A stretch of DNA of 64,000 nucleotides, from positions 262,659 through 326,658 of IMG/VR virus record IMGVR_UViG_3300032240_001991, one strand, 5' to 3'. The notes under the pieces were generated by a model. The model made no database searches, was not told the origin of the DNA, and saw nothing but the letters and a program-made list of their open reading frames with translations. The first letter of the stretch is position 1. The number at the start of each line of letters is the position of its first letter. The position numbers and the translations under genes were made by a program. Below, piece by piece: positions 1 to 14,500 of the stretch.

Positions 1-1127
1 CCACCATTAACAAACGTATCACTTGGAGCAGACTGGCCGTATCCTATGTTAATGCCCTTATTAATTACATTTAATCCAGTAGTTAATATGTTTGTTGCTG
101 TTAGCGATCCTCTAACTAGTACATCAGAAGAAATATCAACAAAACTAGCACTTGGTGCTAATGTTGGCCAAATGTATATAGTAGGAGCAGGTGATCTTGG
201 ATCAGCTTGTAGGGCGGTTATTTCACCTAATCCTGTTTTATGTACGTCTAAAACTAATGGAATGTCGTCAGTTACTGATCTAACTCTTGCTCCTACATTA
301 AAATAATCTCCACCTATAGTATCTGCATTGTCTAGACTTAATTGATAGGCTAGATTAGTTCCATCAAAAATAGTAAGTCCGCTGTCGCTAGCAATTGATA
401 GGCTTCCGTTTGTAGTTTGGAATCCTCCAACAGGACTAACTTGTAAATATACACCGGTAACAGTGGTTACTGCACCAGCAACGGTTGCGGTATTAGCATT
501 ATCTGCATGAGTAGCAGTACCAAAGAACTTAGTTCCAGGTACTAGATTAATACCAGGATATACTGTAGATAAACCACTGTGAGCAACTGAAAATATAGAT
601 GTAGTTGAACTTGCAATAGCTATTCTTGTGTTATTATTATAAAGAACAGGAAAGTTAGCTAATGTTGTATTTGAAAGAACTATACTTTCTTCAAACCATC
701 CATTCTTAACGGAAGATGTAGAAGTTGCTGTAGAAGCAACGGGAACTGAAACAAATGTTAATCCGTCTACTGAAAAGTTTAATTGATTCTTACTACTGTC
801 AATCCATAAATCGCCAATATTAGGCGCAGTAGGTTCGCTAGGTGATACTACTGGGACTCCTACTGGTCTAAAAACATTCTGTAATGTATAAACATACAAT
901 CTTGCATCGTTTCTATTATACCATAATTGTCCAGTCAGAGGTGAACGAGGAGGAATTCCATTTGATGCAAAGTTTTCTAACATCACTACTAGGTTATCGT
1001 TGTAATACTGACCGTAAGAATTATAATTTTTACCAATTAAAGTAACACTAGTCGCAACCTGATCAATTGTTGCATCAGGAAGTGTTAGTAAAACTGTGCC
1101 ATCTGAATTTCTAATAGTGTATGCCAT
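1..1127 (-). CDS. Tail fibre/baseplate-associated structural protein, truncated at the left window edge (missing from the ORF track)
   Basis: Hand translation from ATG at 1127: MAYTIRNSDGTVLLTLPDATIDQVATSVTLIGKNYNSYGQYYNDNLVVMLENFASNGIPPRSPLTGQLWYN... The LENF...P..P..GQ(L/I)WY motif is shared with ORF 1132..1899. It starts 4 nt after that ORF's stop. Confidence 0.8.
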   Translation of the reverse strand, partial: MAYTIRNSDGTVLLTLPDATIDQVATSVTLIGKNYNSYGQYYNDNLVVMLENFASNGIPPRSPLTGQLWYNRNDARLYVYTLQNVFRPVGVPVVSPSEPTAPNIGDLWIDSSKNQLNFSVDGLTFVSVPVASTATSTSSVKNGWFEESIVLSNTTLANFPVLYNNNTRIAIASSTTSIFSVAHSGLSTVYPGINLVPGTKFFGTATHADNANTATVAGAVTTVTGVYLQVSPVGGFQTTNGSLSIASDSGLTIFDGTNLAYQLSLDNADTIGGDYFNVGARVRSVTDDIPLVLDVHKTGLGEITALQADPRSPAPTIYIWPTLAPSASFVDISSDVLVRGSLTATNILTTGLNVINKGINIGYGQSAPSDTFVNG

Positions 1128-1131
1128 ATTT

Positions 1132-1899
1132 TTAATACTTTATAATATATTTTGTTGTAACTACTGTTCCAGTAGTTACTGGTCCAGCTAAATTTGGAAC
1201 CTTAAAATTAGTAGAATCTGTATATCCGTATCTAGTACCAATTACTGCAAATAAATTGTTGTAAGTTGTTCTAGGATATAAAGTTCCATCACACATCAAC
1301 CACCCGGTTGGAGTATAATCCATTGACCATAATGTTATCATACCAGTTTGAACTAAGTACGGAGTCACAGTATCTGCTAAGAAATTTGACTTTGTAATAC
1401 TCTGTAAAATTCCCCCGTCTGAAATAACTAGGTAAGCATTTGAAGTTGCAGTTGTTTTTTCAGGCTGGCCTGTGATTGACGAGCTGGTAAGATCTACGTT
1501 AGCAGGAATAGTCCATGCTGTACCGGTGTAAATTTTAATTTGATTGGTAGTAGTATCAACAAATATATCACCTACTTCAAAGTTAGTAGTAACGCCGGTT
1601 ACTGTTTTATAAACAGAATTAATCTGATTCCAATGAATGCCGTCAAACACCTTAAGCTTATAATGAGTGCTAGAAGAATCGTACCATATCTGTCCTGTTA
1701 TAGGATTGTTTGGAGATGTTGTATTAGAAAAATTTTCTAACATATGTAGAAAATTTTCTGCAATCTTAGGAACATAGTTAGGATCATTTCTCCCAACTAG
1801 AGATAAACTAGTGTCGTTAGTGTTCCCAATAACCTCACGTAAGACAATGTCAGGTAAAGAAGGGTTTGATCTTGGTATATTATAATCAGGCATAATCAA
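1132..1899 (-). CDS. Short tail fibre protein with C-terminal phage tail collar domain
   Basis: C-terminus TGMITLWSMDYTPTGWLMCDGTLYPRTTYNNLFAVIGTRYG...FKVPNL is the typical tail-collar signature. Confidence 0.8.
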   Translation of the reverse strand: MIMPDYNIPRSNPSLPDIVLREVIGNTNDTSLSLVGRNDPNYVPKIAENFLHMLENFSNTTSPNNPITGQIWYDSSSTHYKLKVFDGIHWNQINSVYKTVTGVTTNFEVGDIFVDTTTNQIKIYTGTAWTIPANVDLTSSSITGQPEKTTATSNAYLVISDGGILQSITKSNFLADTVTPYLVQTGMITLWSMDYTPTGWLMCDGTLYPRTTYNNLFAVIGTRYGYTDSTNFKVPNLAGPVTTGTVVTTKYIIKY

Positions 1900-2564
1900 C
1901 TTCCACTAGTTAAGCTTTGAATTCTAATCGTATAATCAATTTGTATTAATCTGTTTAATGCTTTCTGTACAGGATGAAAGATAACGTGCGTTAACAATAA
2001 TCCTGTATTCTCGCCTGCAGGATTATAACTCTTAAGTCCTAATTCATCAAAAACAAAGGTTCCGGATGAATCTGTAACATTAGCATCAAATGCTGGTTGT
2101 CCTTGAGGTTCTCCAAAGTCTAGTAAGCAACTTACTAATAGATCTGAGTAGTATGTGCCAGCTACGTGTCTTACTTCCATAAAATTTCTTGAAGGATCAA
2201 GATCGTAAGGATTATTTGCATCAATAACTTTATAATATGTTTGATTATATAGAGATGCATTACTACCTACATTATTGGGTGTAAGGTATGTAATAATTCC
2301 TGTAGGATCAATTCTACTACCACCGTTGCCAAACGCCATTTCAGAGATAAAATTTTGACCTATATTACCAACTCCGCTTGCTAATGCGATAGAAAAATTT
2401 TCATAATGAATGGCGTTTCTTTTATCTACGTATACTTCTTTGGTTGTTGGATCAAATATTTTAATATGTCCCTGAAGGCGAATAGACCCTGTTTCATTAG
2501 GGTCTTTATTATTTTGACGGTTTTGTGTATTTTCAATCATTTTAGTACTCTTGATATTATCCAT
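1896..2564 (-). CDS. Hypothetical virion/baseplate-associated protein (222 aa)
   Basis: Lies within the baseplate operon, has its own late-promoter box, and is beta-rich (GHIKIFD...DKRNAIHYEN). Confidence 0.6.
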   Translation of the reverse strand: MDNIKSTKMIENTQNRQNNKDPNETGSIRLQGHIKIFDPTTKEVYVDKRNAIHYENFSIALASGVGNIGQNFISEMAFGNGGSRIDPTGIITYLTPNNVGSNASLYNQTYYKVIDANNPYDLDPSRNFMEVRHVAGTYYSDLLVSCLLDFGEPQGQPAFDANVTDSSGTFVFDELGLKSYNPAGENTGLLLTHVIFHPVQKALNRLIQIDYTIRIQSLTSGS

Positions 2565-5500
2565 AGTAATATTTATCCGGTAGCGTTGCCTGTTTATCTC
2601 TCAAGAACTGAGCTATCTTTCCAGTGTCGTCAATTAAAGGAGTATTGTTTAATTCGTAAAAATTTGTACTCGCAATTCTTTGCACTATCTCAATTCTAAC
2701 ACCAGTTGAGGTAGAAAGAGTAGGTAAATTCAACACTAGTGTTGCAGTACTCCATTGTCCTACTGTAACCACATTAGTTAGAGTAAACTGCGGTTCAACC
2801 CATCTTACGCCAGTAAAACTATAGCCGTTGGTAGCTGTAGAGCTTTCTGATTTAGAGGCGGTGTACGACCAAATTTCATTGGTTGAAGTTACAAGATAGG
2901 CAGTTCCAATAACAGTTGTTGGAGGAAGGTCATATTGTGTAGCAACTGTTGATCTGTTTAGTGTATACGCAGGAGTATCATAAGAAACTGTAATATCGTG
3001 TTGATAAAATCCAGTTTTTCTTAGAGGTGTGCCACCGTATAGAACTGTAATTTGATTCGTTGCAGTAACAAATCCCGTAGTTGTATTCAATGATAGTGCA
3101 GAAATAGTATAACTCGTAGCTCCTGTAGCTGTCATTATTGAAGTAACCGTTGTAATTTCTCTAAATGGCGTATGCGATAGATATAGATTTTGGCGTGCTC
3201 CTTGATCTATAACTGAGGTTCCAATCGCATATACTGATTTTGCTCCAGTTCCTAAAGTAGCTCTTGTAAGATTTCCTAATACATTTTCATTAACTGATCT
3301 ATATTCAATACGTTCTCCTCCAATAAAAATTACACCTGGTATTTTAAGTGCTAGGTTTGGCAGTGCTAGTTTTCCAGCATCAGCAACTGTGATTATTTTA
3401 TCTGTTGGATAGAGAGGTTCTGCCAATACTGTTGAGCTATCTTTTGATAATCTTAAGAATTCGGTTCTGTTTAGCATGTCTCTAAACATTCTGTAACCGA
3501 TTGTGTTTCCTACTGACGTATCGTACATGCTCATTATTGTTACTATATCTGAAGGATTGTAAGGGTACGAATCTCTTAAAACTATCGTAACACGGTCAGC
3601 GTCTACATAAAAATCAATACCTTTAACAAGAGGTTTACGGTTTACAGTTACCCAAACATAGTTATTATTAAAAATTGGTCTACTTACTTCGTAACGGCGT
3701 GATCCTCTTCCTTGGAAAGTTTCTAACTCTATTAACGGCTCTTTTTTAATACCATCCTCAACTGTTATGTTGTTAATTGTAATAATTCTCATAATCTTTG
3801 TATAAGTAAAATCTGCCGACGGTCTAACAACAATTGTATTCCTTGATTCATTAAAGTAGTAATCACTAAATTCGTGATTTGTGATTGCTATTACATCATT
3901 AAGCTGTAGCAATCCTACTCTAAATTTAACTTTATTTTCAACAGAGTTAACTACATAATCTGTTAAAGGAATCATGCGTAACCCATTTACATATACATCT
4001 AACGAACTTAAGCCAAACGAGTTAGGCGGATATGAATTATTTGGATCTATTGAAAATTTAAGATCTACACCAGTGAATAAGTGATATGATGTATTAGGTG
4101 GTATTAAGATTCTACTATCAACTTCTACAATAGCTTGCGAATCCGCAGACCAGTTATCGTTTAGAGGATAGAATAAATCCCACTCAACTCTTGCAGGATC
4201 ATTATTAAAAATAGATTGTTCTCTCACAGCACTATACGGTCTGTTTGTTCCAAAGAATACCCACGACTGCAATACATTTGTAATAGCAGGGTTAACTCCG
4301 GTTACAGTTAGCAATCCTTGTCCTAGTGTATATTGAGATGGTAATAGTTCTTGTCCGTTTAGTGTTGCATATATTGTGTTATACTCAGCGTTAACTCCTA
4401 CACTAACACTTATTGTGCTAGTATTTGAAAGTGCGGTATATCCAGAACTGACATAATCGTATCCTCCTACTCCAATAACAGATACTCCTACCAGTCCTGT
4501 TGTTGTTTGGGTTCCTATTACAATAGTACTGTTAACAAGATCAAACTCATAGTCTACACCGGGTACTAATAATTCGTTGTTAAAGGACACAATAGCAGAC
4601 GCAGTTGTTGGCGGTACTGTCAATAATCTCAGTACTGTAGTCTGTGTTGTTTGTGTAATCTCACCAAAAGTTTCAGAAACAACTGGAGCTCCTGTTTGTG
4701 GATCTCGTGCATAAACACTCATACCCAAGCTTTCGTGTATTTCTCCCTTAATCATCTCCTCGGGAGCATGACTAATGTTAGGAGATATAAACCCTTCACC
4801 GTCGACAATTATATCTTCTGGATTTAATCCCGAAGCAAGTGTATAAGCTAAGTCGCCGCCGTCTAATATTGTATCTAAAACTCCAGGGACCATATTAAAT
4901 TCCCAGAATTCAATCAATGTTCCTAGGCCAACAGTACTAATAGTTGAAGTACTAAATGTAACTAGTTGACTAGCTGTGTTAACACTTACTACAGTAACAA
5001 TAGGATCTACAAACTTGTTATAAGGAGTAGACGTACTAACTGTATTAATACGTAATCCTGGGTATATTCCTGCTAAGTTATCTAACATTAATGTATCTGT
5101 ACCTGTAACGGCTACAGAAATTACACTAGCAGTTGTATAATAATACACATCATCGCCGTATAGAGACTGACCAAACGGTGTTAATCCCCAATTTGTACTA
5201 TAATCAAACATTAGCCCTTGTTTCTGTGCAGCTGGATATTCTACACCTGTCATTAATTGTGCAGGATCAACGCCTGGCATATTAATAGAAGGTTGATAAT
5301 AACTATAAATTCTATCAACTGCAGAATATAAGTTAATATTTTTATTATAAGTTATTTGTATAACTTTTCCTTGCGCTGGAGCAGAGGTTAAGACTAAATC
5401 AGAAAATAGTTTTTTATAACTATAACCAAACCCAGATGATGTTTTTCTATAAGTTTCAATATTATAATCAGTAGCTAGAACCCGTACCCCGCCTAATGTT

Positions 5501-8500
5501 ATGTTAATATTAGCCTTTTTATTTTCTGCAGCCCATCCTAATGTAAATCTAAATGTTTCTCCGTCACAGATAAAACTTTCTGTAACAGTAGAAGTATTAA
5601 TTTGCTGATTAGAGCTAATACGATCAAATTTCATTTCAACAGTATTGTTTCTAACTTTACCGTTAATCATAACCGGATAGGCTTTAGCAGTAACTAGTTC
5701 AGTTGAACCCCCGCCTACAATTATAACGCTTGGAGTTTGAAGGTATCCGCTGCCACCATTAGTAACTACAACTCCAGTAACCTTACCGAGAGAAATTCTT
5801 GCTTCTGCTGTTGCACCTGAGCCAGTGTCTCCTAGGGCTGGTATAATCTCTACTGTAGGAACCGAAGTATAACCAGCACCCGGCTTTTCTACAATTATAC
5901 TACCAACAGAGAGTTTGTAGTTGTCTGTCCACGATTTCCAAGGATAGACACCTGATAATTCGTCTCCTGGATTGACTGTTAAAAATTGATCAGTATCTCT
6001 ATCATAGTATGCTGGAGAATCAAAATCAGTAATATAAGAGTTTGAAGGTTCAAGTAAGTTATAGTTAACTTGATAATTTCTTATCTTAGTATGATAAGGT
6101 TTAACTTCTTCTATGTACTGCTCGTAATATTGACTGTTTTGGAATTTAAAAACAGGACGTTGATCTAATGTTCCTGCAAGATTCCTTACATTAATAAACG
6201 CTGTCTTAAATGCCCAATCTACAAATTTCTGTTCACTCATTGCATATCTTACTGCTTTAAAGAATAAGTGATTCCAGTAAACTTTTAAAGAACCTATAAA
6301 AATATCTTCTTTAATTGCCTTTAAGATATTAATTAACTCCATTTCTGGTGTTTGATCGTATAATGTTTGATCGTATGTGAAGTGGTAATCAAAGTTATAC
6401 CAATTGTTAGTTATATTCCATAAGTTATCTTTAAACTTAATAGTTCCGTTTTCATTAACCATTAGATTATATTTGTCAGTGTAGTCTCCTGCTGACGACA
6501 CTTTCTGTAGAATAATGTATCTTCCGTTGCCTTGATTTTTAACTTTAACGTAATCACCGTTATTGACTGTTATCTCGGCTAATTGATAAGTTTCTTCTAC
6601 AGTCTCAGCTAATGGCTTTAGGCTATCAAAGTCTTGACTTACCCAGTTTATGTAATCCCAATACTGAGTAGTGTCAAAGTCTTGCGTAAAGACTTTGACC
6701 CAAGATTTTCCTTGCCATTCGTATTTTGCCCAACGATTGTTACTATTTTCGTCAGTTTTTACAATAACTGTATATGGTCTAACTTTAAGTTCTGGTGCTT
6801 TTAAGTATCCCTTTCCTGAATTTTTAATAGTAGCCGCAGTAACTCGGCCGTATTGATTTATTACTAGATCAATTTCTGCATCTGAAGTATCGTTTACAAC
6901 GGTTACTAGCGGTCCTGCCCATGATGTTGCCGTGCTTCCTGTATAGGTAACAGGCAATAACGGTGCATATCCTGTACCAGAATTAACAATGTTAATTGTT
7001 GTAATAGTACCAGTTGTAGAGCTAATTGAACAAGTTAATTTTGCTTGTACTAGATCAGCTGTTTTAATAGAACTTAAATCTCCGTAGCTATCTACAATTT
7101 GATCATATTCTCTAGAATATACATCAGGAATCTCTCTCTTAGAGTTTAAATTTTTAAAATTTACCTGATCCGTTATCAAATATCCTGCTACTACGCCGTT
7201 AACATAATCAATAACGTTACGTAGAGCTTGGTTTCTATCAACAAACATACCCTGTCTTGGTCTAACTTCAATTCCATACTTTACTCGATTGCTTAAAGAT
7301 GGATCAGGTACTAAGTTACCTAAACTATCTCTTCCTACTAAGCTATCTAATAGCTTTTTATCAAGCATTTCTGTAGGCATGTTGGCAGAATTGCCTTCAC
7401 CTAACAACAGCCATTCTGTATGTCGAGTAACTGAATTGTTTAGAGTATCTTTTGAAATATTAAGATAAATTTGATTTCCAACAAGAGTATTCTTAACATT
7501 AGCAACTGCTATTGCATTTGGTGCTAATATTGAAACAAACTTTGAACCGTAACTAGCAGGATCAAAGATTAAGCTTGCTACGGTACTTGCAGGAATCTTT
7601 CTTCCCTTTGCATTAGGTAACAATACTTTATTTTTTACCCAGTAAAAATATACATTAGTAGCCTGACCAGTTGACGGATTGTAATATTGTTTGATGCTCA
7701 TTACACTATTATCTGGGTACTTAGGTTGTCCGCTAATACCTTTTGATAGCCCGTCAGTAGTATCTGCTAATGCACTCCATTGACTAGGCAAATACTCTGT
7801 TTGTACCCATTCGTAAACATCAATACTTGCACCAGGGAATAGAGTTCCCCAAGAATTCTTTCGATATTCTAAATCGCTCTGTTCATACCAAACATACTTG
7901 ACTGTGGACAGATCCCACCATAATTCTCCAACACGATCTTCAATCCAACTAGTCTTAGTATTAACTACAACTCCTTGAGTTCCAACACTATAAGTTGCAG
8001 GATCAAACGCTGTTTTATATCTAATTTCCTGATCTGCTAATCCTGAAATTTTTCCTTTAACTGGATCAATAATATCGAGATAATCTACAAGTTGTTCAGA
8101 TTCTGTATTAACAGTAACTGATCTTTTGATCTTAGTTAAGTCAATTAAATCTTCTTGCTGTCTAAATATTGACCAACATGTTTGAGAAGCATCAATTACA
8201 TTGTACTGAAAAACTGCACCTAAAGTTACAAAATTATTAGAAATTATCCCCAAAGTATCAGGCGCGCCTATGAAAATATTTCCGTTGTTAACAGCAATAG
8301 ATTTTCCGTAATTATTTCCGCCGTATAACTCTCCGTTAAGGATAGTTAAAGAATTTGCATCAAATAATTCTGTTGCATAAACAAAATATTTGTTTTTTCT
8401 TTCATATGTGTAAACTGTTCCTGAATTATTAATATAATCAGTAAATCTAGTTGATAATCCATCAAACACTGTACCGTCATTAAACGTTAAGGAGTTTTCC

Positions 8501-11500
8501 TGTATACCGCTTAAGGAAATAATAACTTTTTTAGCATCAACAGTTGTTTTTAATTCTGTTCCAAAATTTAAATTGTTATTTTTTAACGGATTATGAATAG
8601 TTTGTACCAATGAATAAGATGTTGCTGTACTTACATATTCGTAAACATAAACACATCCTGGTCCATAGTTATCGTTAATCAAAAACGGCGACGACGCAAA
8701 CAAATATCCACCATCGTCAGACATAGAAACTGATGTACCAAACTGATCACCTATTGTTCCTGTTGGAGGCGTGATAGTCTGTAATAACGAATATGACGAT
8801 GTACCGGTTGAATACTGGTAAATGTAAACAACCCCTGTTCCGGTAGACATTGCAGGATTTGCAATCGCTAAGATAGTACCGTCAATATTTCCTGCTAACG
8901 AGCAGTTAACTGTCGATGTTCCTAAAGATATTGGAGGCATTGGTACCGTAATTGCAGTTGTTGAATTAACTGTTAACGTATAAGGGAACACTACTCCTAA
9001 TGTAGGAGCAGAAACAACCAATGCCTTCCCACCTGTAGTAAATTGTGTTTTAGCTACAAATATATCACTACCGTATCTAGATGCTGTGCTAGTGTTTAAC
9101 ACAGAGAGTGTTTTCTCTTCTCCTGTTGCTGGAATAATAGTTGAAATTTGTACTCTATCTACTGCAGGTGCACCGGCTACAATAACTTGATATTCAGTGT
9201 CGTATGCTAGTCCTTTTCCAAATTCAGTAGGTATAGTGATAACGTCAATTCCAGAAGCCACCATATTAAGTGTGTAACTAGTAATTGGATAATGGGTTCC
9301 GTTAAGTAACCCTAAAACAAATACTCGACCGTGTCCAGAACTTGAGAAATAATCCGGAGCGGATATTATAAGCTTATCTGCATCCTCTTGAGTTGCAATA
9401 TTGTATCCGTATCGTTGACCCGGATGATTTACACCACTAAGTATTTCTGTTGAAGTAGAATAGTTATGATTCTTCTTATATACTGTCCACGGAGACCAAT
9501 CATATGTTGCATCACCGGTATCAGTCCAGATTAGTTCGTTATCTGCAAAATCAATTTGATCCTGTAGTGCAACTGTATCATCAAAAGATTTAACTCTTAC
9601 ACTAATAAATTTGAACAACAATGCCTGTGTAGTTGCCGGCGAAACAGTGGCTAATGTTGAATTCACAGAAAAAGAAGTTAACGAAGGTATTTCAATAATT
9701 TCATATATTCCGTCAGTTCCGTTATCTAAACCATAAACTGAAACAATGTCTCCTACATTTAATTTATGAAAAATATCTGTATAGAAAGTTAATTTAACAG
9801 CAGGGATATCTATGTCTGACCCAATTACTTTAATCTGTTGTTTTGAGTAACGGTAGACGTCCCAATCTCCATTAGGTTTAAATCCTAACCATACAGTGTT
9901 ACCATCTTGCAAGTTTCCTGCATTTGCAACATCAAACAAGCTTTGTTTGTTGTACGCTGTTGCAGTTATGTCATCTGATCTAACATATCCTGCTGTTGGC
10001 AATAATAGATTATTATTTTTATATGTAGACGATGTGTATGTTAAAAATACATTATTAGAAGAATAATCATAATTTTTAATTGTTACATCATTAGGAGTAA
10101 CGTAAGAGATAACATCATTAGCTGTCTTAGGAGCAACATCAACAAACTTAATAATTTGATTATTTTCTATAAAATCAGATTCTCTAAGTGGTAATTCAAT
10201 TTCGTTATAAGAAATAAAATTGCCGTAAGAGCCTACTCTAAATGCCCATTCTTCGTCAAATTCAATTTGACCATTTAAATTATGTATACTTGCTTTAGAT
10301 AGTTTTGATATTGAATTTGCTGTTCCTTTTTCTCTTATAAATCCTTGATAGAATTTATATTGAGCAATAGGATCTACTATAATGTTTGTAAGATAACCTC
10401 TTGGTGTATAACCGGTTAAATGTTGGGCCATTTTTTGTTGGCCAATGTCAAAGTTATCTATATCTAAACTATAAAAATCTTCAAATTGATTAATTTTATA
10501 ATCAAAATTAGGTAACAACTGCGCAATAGGAGAAGACCCTAATAAATTCCATTTTGTGAAATTAAAATTAGATGTTCCTGTAATATTTTCATTTGCAGAA
10601 TAATATTTTCCAGAATATTTTACAACACTAGAAATATCATAATCTTTATTTGCTTGCCAAGCTTCAATAGTTACATCGTCGTAAACAAATCCAGGACTTA
10701 AGAAATCACCATTCCAGTCTCCTGTAATGAATCCTGAAATTTTCATTCTAGCCTGACGATAACCTGTTTGTGTGTCATAGACTACATCTCCAAACATACT
10801 TGAATTTGCCATAACAATTGCATGTTCTTTCTGTATGAGATTTAATCTAGCAAAATATAAACCTGCAGGAGTATCTTCGGCACTTATTTTACAAATGCCA
10901 TTTTCTCTACTTAAACTAAAGTTTTTTGGAGGAAACGGAGTTCCGTTTGCTGTTAATAAACTATAATCGTAAAAACTATTAAGTACATTATCAACAACAG
11001 CATCTGTAAATTTGTATTGTATTTTTCCTGAAAAAGGACTTAGTGTAATTACTGAGCCGTTAGACCAATTTTGAGTAGTCCAATATAAAAATTCTTTTCC
11101 TGAAAAATTCCAATCTAGTACTTGCTCTAAATCTGAATTATATTCGTTAAAAATAAATCCTTGATTAGTTAGATATTTCCCGTATCCAACAATTAAATCG
11201 TAAACTTCTTGTGTTGTTGAATATTGTGTTCCGTAAGGAATAATCGTTTGATTTTGATCAAAATCTTTAGTGATCGATACCGTTGCTCCGCCTATTGTTG
11301 GTAAGTTTGCTAGTTTGATATAAGCAGTAACATCAAAAGAGGACCCAGAATTGGTACTAGTTGCAACAGAATAATAAGAATTTTCATACTTTACATACTG
11401 ACCTGCTTGATAGAATGTATTTTCTGTCCAGGTTAGTACTGGCGGAGATTTTCCTCCTACTGATATAGATGCGTCGTTATTTCTATGTAAAGGAGCATTT

Positions 11501-14500
11501 ATTGTAAAGAATAGATCTTTTTTATCGTAACCCTTAACTAAAAATTTTCCATTTTTCTTTTCAACAATTATACCAGAAATTGAAACAAACTTAACCGGAT
11601 TACTTACATTAAAATGTAAAGCGTAGTCTTCGTTAGGTAGTAAAACTCCTGGACTTACTGTATTTGGGCTAACTGAATCTATAGTAATCTCTAACTTATC
11701 TTTACTTAAAAATCCACCTGCTTTATAAAACAAATTAAAGTTAACTAATGATAAATCTTGTTTCAGTGCTGCTAGATAATCTAAAGACCTCTTTTTACCA
11801 GATTCAATCACCATCACACTATAACCAGATGAAAGAACAGTATTTCCATTACTGTCTATATCACTATTAAGATAAACAATTGAAGGATTTAAAAATAAAC
11901 TATTTTTACCGTACCTGTATTGTCCATCTACATTTTTAACTAGTCTAATAGGGTCAAACATTTTTGCAGCGTACGATGCTGGCTTAGATAGTGCTAAAAT
12001 TATTTGCACTGCATACGGCCATATACTGCTACGTCTCCATGCAGTTTCAGCAGGACCATGATCTCCAAAAGACCAATCTTGATCTGGATTTAATATATTT
12101 TCATTCTCAGCAATACTACCCCAGAATCGTAAGTCAATCAATTGACCACTATCATCAACTGGAATTATTTTACTTAACCCTGTTCTAACATATGTAGGAT
12201 CTACTCCAGCACGTTCTCCGTAACGAATTAGTCCTGCTTCTAAATCTTCCCATAAGTTTAGGTTTCCAGAAGTATAAGGTGCAGGACCATATTCTGATTC
12301 CCACCAAGATGGTTTAATACTAAATCCTAACATTTCCCAAGGATGTGTATTAGGGCGATCAGTATCAAAGTAAAATTTGTAGATACCTCTCCAATTTCCA
12401 GGAACTACAGAATTAAAAAAGTAATCTTGAGTAGATTTATAGTTATAAGTTTTATGGTTGTCTACGTTATAGTCAACATTTGACGAATAATCTATTCCGT
12501 AACTACTGGTCCATTTAATAAAATCTCCTTGTACAATATTATAAATTTTATTATAGGAGTTTTTATTATCTCGAAATACTCCCGGAAGTATGTCATTGAT
12601 ATTAATTAAATCAGGATCATATGTTACTTTTATATTATTGAACACTCTTCTTTCGTATTCTAAAAGTGCTAGGTCTCTAAAATCGTAATTGCCAATTGCG
12701 GCATTTGCAACTGTTGTATATGCCAGCGTAATACTACCATCGTGGCCTTGTATTACCATGTGGGCATTTACTGCATATGATTCGTCTTTATAAATCATAG
12801 GCACATATTTTGGATACAATCCTAATTTGCTAGGAGTTGGCGGAACGTAGGATCCTACGGTGGTAATATAATCAACCACCGTTATTATGTCACCCCGTGT
12901 TAAAGTTGCCGATATTACAACTACAGGGTCTACCAAATCAAAAGAATAATCAACTCCGTATACTAACAATGAACCGTTTAGGTATATCAATACTGATCTA
13001 GTTGAAAGCTGTGTAATATCAAATGTTGAAATTAAAGGATATCTAACATTTCTAGCATCTGTAACTGTGTACTTTCTAGTAACATTATTAGTACCATATC
13101 CTAGCATATCACTTTGAGAATACGGAAACGTGTAATTTTTATTTTTAATAATAGAACTTAACGCTTGATCTAAAACTCCGCTAGGTGATAAAGACGCATC
13201 AGATTGGGTGATAAATTTTATTAAATTTAACTTAAATTGATAATAATCATTTGCAGTACTACGTGTTGCATTAATTAAATTATGTTCAATGTCAGTTATA
13301 AACAGTTGTGCAAACGACATTGGATTATATGATGTAATCATTCGTGTTCCGTATTTTGTAATAAACGGAAGACTCTTTAGATTACTTACACCAGGGAACA
13401 CACCAACAAAATTTGGGTCTCGATTAACCATTGTTTGAACATGATCACTTAATTCACTAAGAGTAAATTGAGAAATTTGTTCGTTCAGCGGATTGTTAGA
13501 TGAATTTAAAGGAAATTCATATATACCGTTTTCGTTTGGTGACGAAGCGGTATAACATTTAATTAAAACATTTGTTACACTAGTAAACGGTGTAACAAAT
13601 TGAACATTTAAATTTGTTTTATCTATGACCAATGTATAATCTACATCTAACATTAACTTTACATTATTAGAAAATACTTCTATAGTTAGATCTGTAATTA
13701 ATGCGGCATTATCAAAAACAGTGATAGGTATTAAATTTCCAGTTGATACAACTTGAAATTGTTGCACCGGCATCTGATACGGCATTCCTTCTTCCCATAC
13801 GTTCTTATAAGAATATCCAGTATCCTTATTAATTCGTAAGAAAGTCTTAGATGTAGAAACATCGGTTACTGTATTAGTACCTAATAGAGAAATATTACTT
13901 GTATTGAAATAATTTTCAAACAAATAGGATCCTTCAATCCCAACATTTTTATAGTTTAACGGAAACCCTAAAACAGGATCAGCTATACCTGTACCTATTG
14001 AATATCCAAATAACTTATTTCCTAAAAAGATTGCATTGTAATAAGTTTTATCGCTATAACTATGTCCAGTTTCATCAAATAGGTCAAAAAGTGGTGCTTG
14101 GTTTAGTACAGTTCTTTGTTGAGAAAGAACCCATTCTAATCCATTAAACCAAAATTCCTTTCCTTGTCCCTTAGTTCCTAATAATATTACTGTACTATTA
14201 CCAAAAATTGGTTCTATTATCTCGGCTAGATTAATCTTTTCAACACCGTTAATTAAGCTTAACCCTACTTGAAATATTTTTCCACGAACTAGTGGATCAG
14301 GGTCTGCATTAAAAATAATGCGTTGGCCAGGTTCTAATGCAACTCCGTCTACAGTATAACTTGTAGAACCTTCAATACTTGAAAATACATCGCTAGTTAC
14401 TTGGTCAATTAAATCAACTGGATCTAAGCTGTTATTTCCAAAATTGTAGAGTTGTATATCTGCTTCAAATTCAACAATAGGACGTCTTGCTCTTAAATTC

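Noticed and set aside
46-306. 86-aa plus-strand ORF and other short track ORFs nested in large genes
   Set aside because: They lie antisense or out of frame within well-supported long CDSs (here the 1..1127 minus-strand gene).
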